Source: Psilocybe cubensis (Eukaryota). Taken from it: a stretch of DNA of 64,000 bases. The notes beneath the pieces are model-generated. The model was given only the letters and a program-made list of their open reading frames with translations, was not told the origin of the DNA and searched no databases. Within the stretch, counting starts at the first letter, position 1, and every line of letters begins with the position of its first letter. The DNA is taken from assembly GCA_017499595.2 (NCBI GenBank), contig CM039008.1, positions 434,001 to 498,000 of the forward strand, read 5' to 3'. Made by a program: the position numbers and the translations under genes. Positions 63,101 to 64,000 of the stretch are shown here, piece by piece.

Positions 63101-64000
63101 TTGTAGCAAAACTATTGAAAAAGGTCAGAAAAAGTGGAGGAACATCATGGAAAGACTTACAGAGTAGAGGGGACAGCAGAATGGAAAAGTCGAAAGCAAG
63201 GCAGCCGTGAACTCCTGGAATCAACTTTTAGTTTTTTGTTTGGCAGCACCACCATGAGCAAACATACCGACAAGGAGCTCAACTTGGCTTCAGACGCAAC
63301 CACGACCATGAAAAGGCCAGGATACGGCCAGAAAGACGCCCAGCATTATGGGCGCACATTGGTGGGTTCTCTCATTTGTACAAGCCTTTATATACTCATT
63401 TTCTGCCAAGATATTACATGAATTGTTAGGTTTTGTTGACGCGTCGAGCATACGCGCTGCGTTCAACAATCTTTGTTGATTCAAGGTACATTCTCTGCGC
63501 GTTTGAAGGTATGTTTTATTTCTCTCCGGTTGAACAGTACGCTATGTTGACGTTATCGGGTATGTTTGACTCCATTTTTTTCATTAGCTCCGGCACTTGA
63601 TTGACTGACGACTTCCTCACAAAAGATTTTAATGTAAGTTCTCTTTGCACAATTTTATTGGATTCATATTCCACTTCTCCATTTATCGACAGTAACGACG
63701 CGAATACGAACACTGCAACAGGACGCACGCTGCAAAAAATTGAAACCGGAGGGCGGCGTCAATGGTCAGGGTAGCATTTGTTTGAATAATCGTACGTTGC
63801 CGATTCCCCGAGTCTCTGTGCTATCCTGACAAACCTGAATTTGCTGGCAATCAGAATCTTACCCTGACTCTTCTGTTTCACCCACCACCACGTCTTTTCC
63901 CCTCTCCAAATTCATCCCCTCACTTCCACATTTTCTCCCCATTTTCACGGAGGATTGGATACACAGTGAGTATTCTTCAATGGTACAACGTGCAACGTGC
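58009..64000. repeat. Tandem array unit 5 (type B), cut off by the window end; empty at both retrotransposon sites
   Basis: The ORF set matches unit 4 at +16532 up to the element-2 site. Empty sites read GGAAGTTGATACATC and CATGGAAAGACTTAC. Confidence 0.95.

Noticed and set aside
4705-64000. 10-kb unit as a Helitron or other transposon that captured a gene fragment
   Set aside because: Unit 1 is continuous with the native full-length gene. No transposase or Rep/helicase ORF, TIR, TSD or hairpin-CTRR end was seen at the junctions. A segmental tandem duplication fits better.

Overview
Eukaryotic, intron-rich fungal DNA, most likely an Agaricomycete basidiomycete (short GT..AG introns, a DUF6535-type gene, chromoviral Ty3/Gypsy elements). 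Bases 1-1498 hold the 3' end of a + strand gene with an acidic low-complexity tract. A convergent - strand multi-exon gene (about 1604-6901) has an N-terminal DUF6535-like transmembrane domain and a long ARM/HEAT-like helical repeat region. From 4705 to the window end the sequence is a head-to-tail array of a ~10.1-10.2 kb unit, with starts at 4705, 14942, 31256, 41477 and 58009. The units come in two diverged sequence types (A ~10221 bp, B 10101 bp) in the order A-B-A-B-B, with mosaic patches. The duplication breakpoint cuts the DUF6535 gene, so one full-length gene is followed by four C-terminally truncated copies: three open (~651 aa) and one with a nonsense mutation. Two different intact Ty3/Gypsy elements have inserted into B units (20088-26476 and 45795-52220). 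Both have apparently identical LTR pairs, an 11-nt Tf1-like self-priming PBS and a -1 frameshift site. The first appears to contain no CpG at all, while the second is CpG-rich. Each unit also carries a candidate pseudoknotted RNA with a cUUCGg tetraloop and a GC-rich degenerate ~110-bp repeat; the four complete units also carry three tandem 50-nt intron modules. Everything here was read by eye; no database search or alignment was run.
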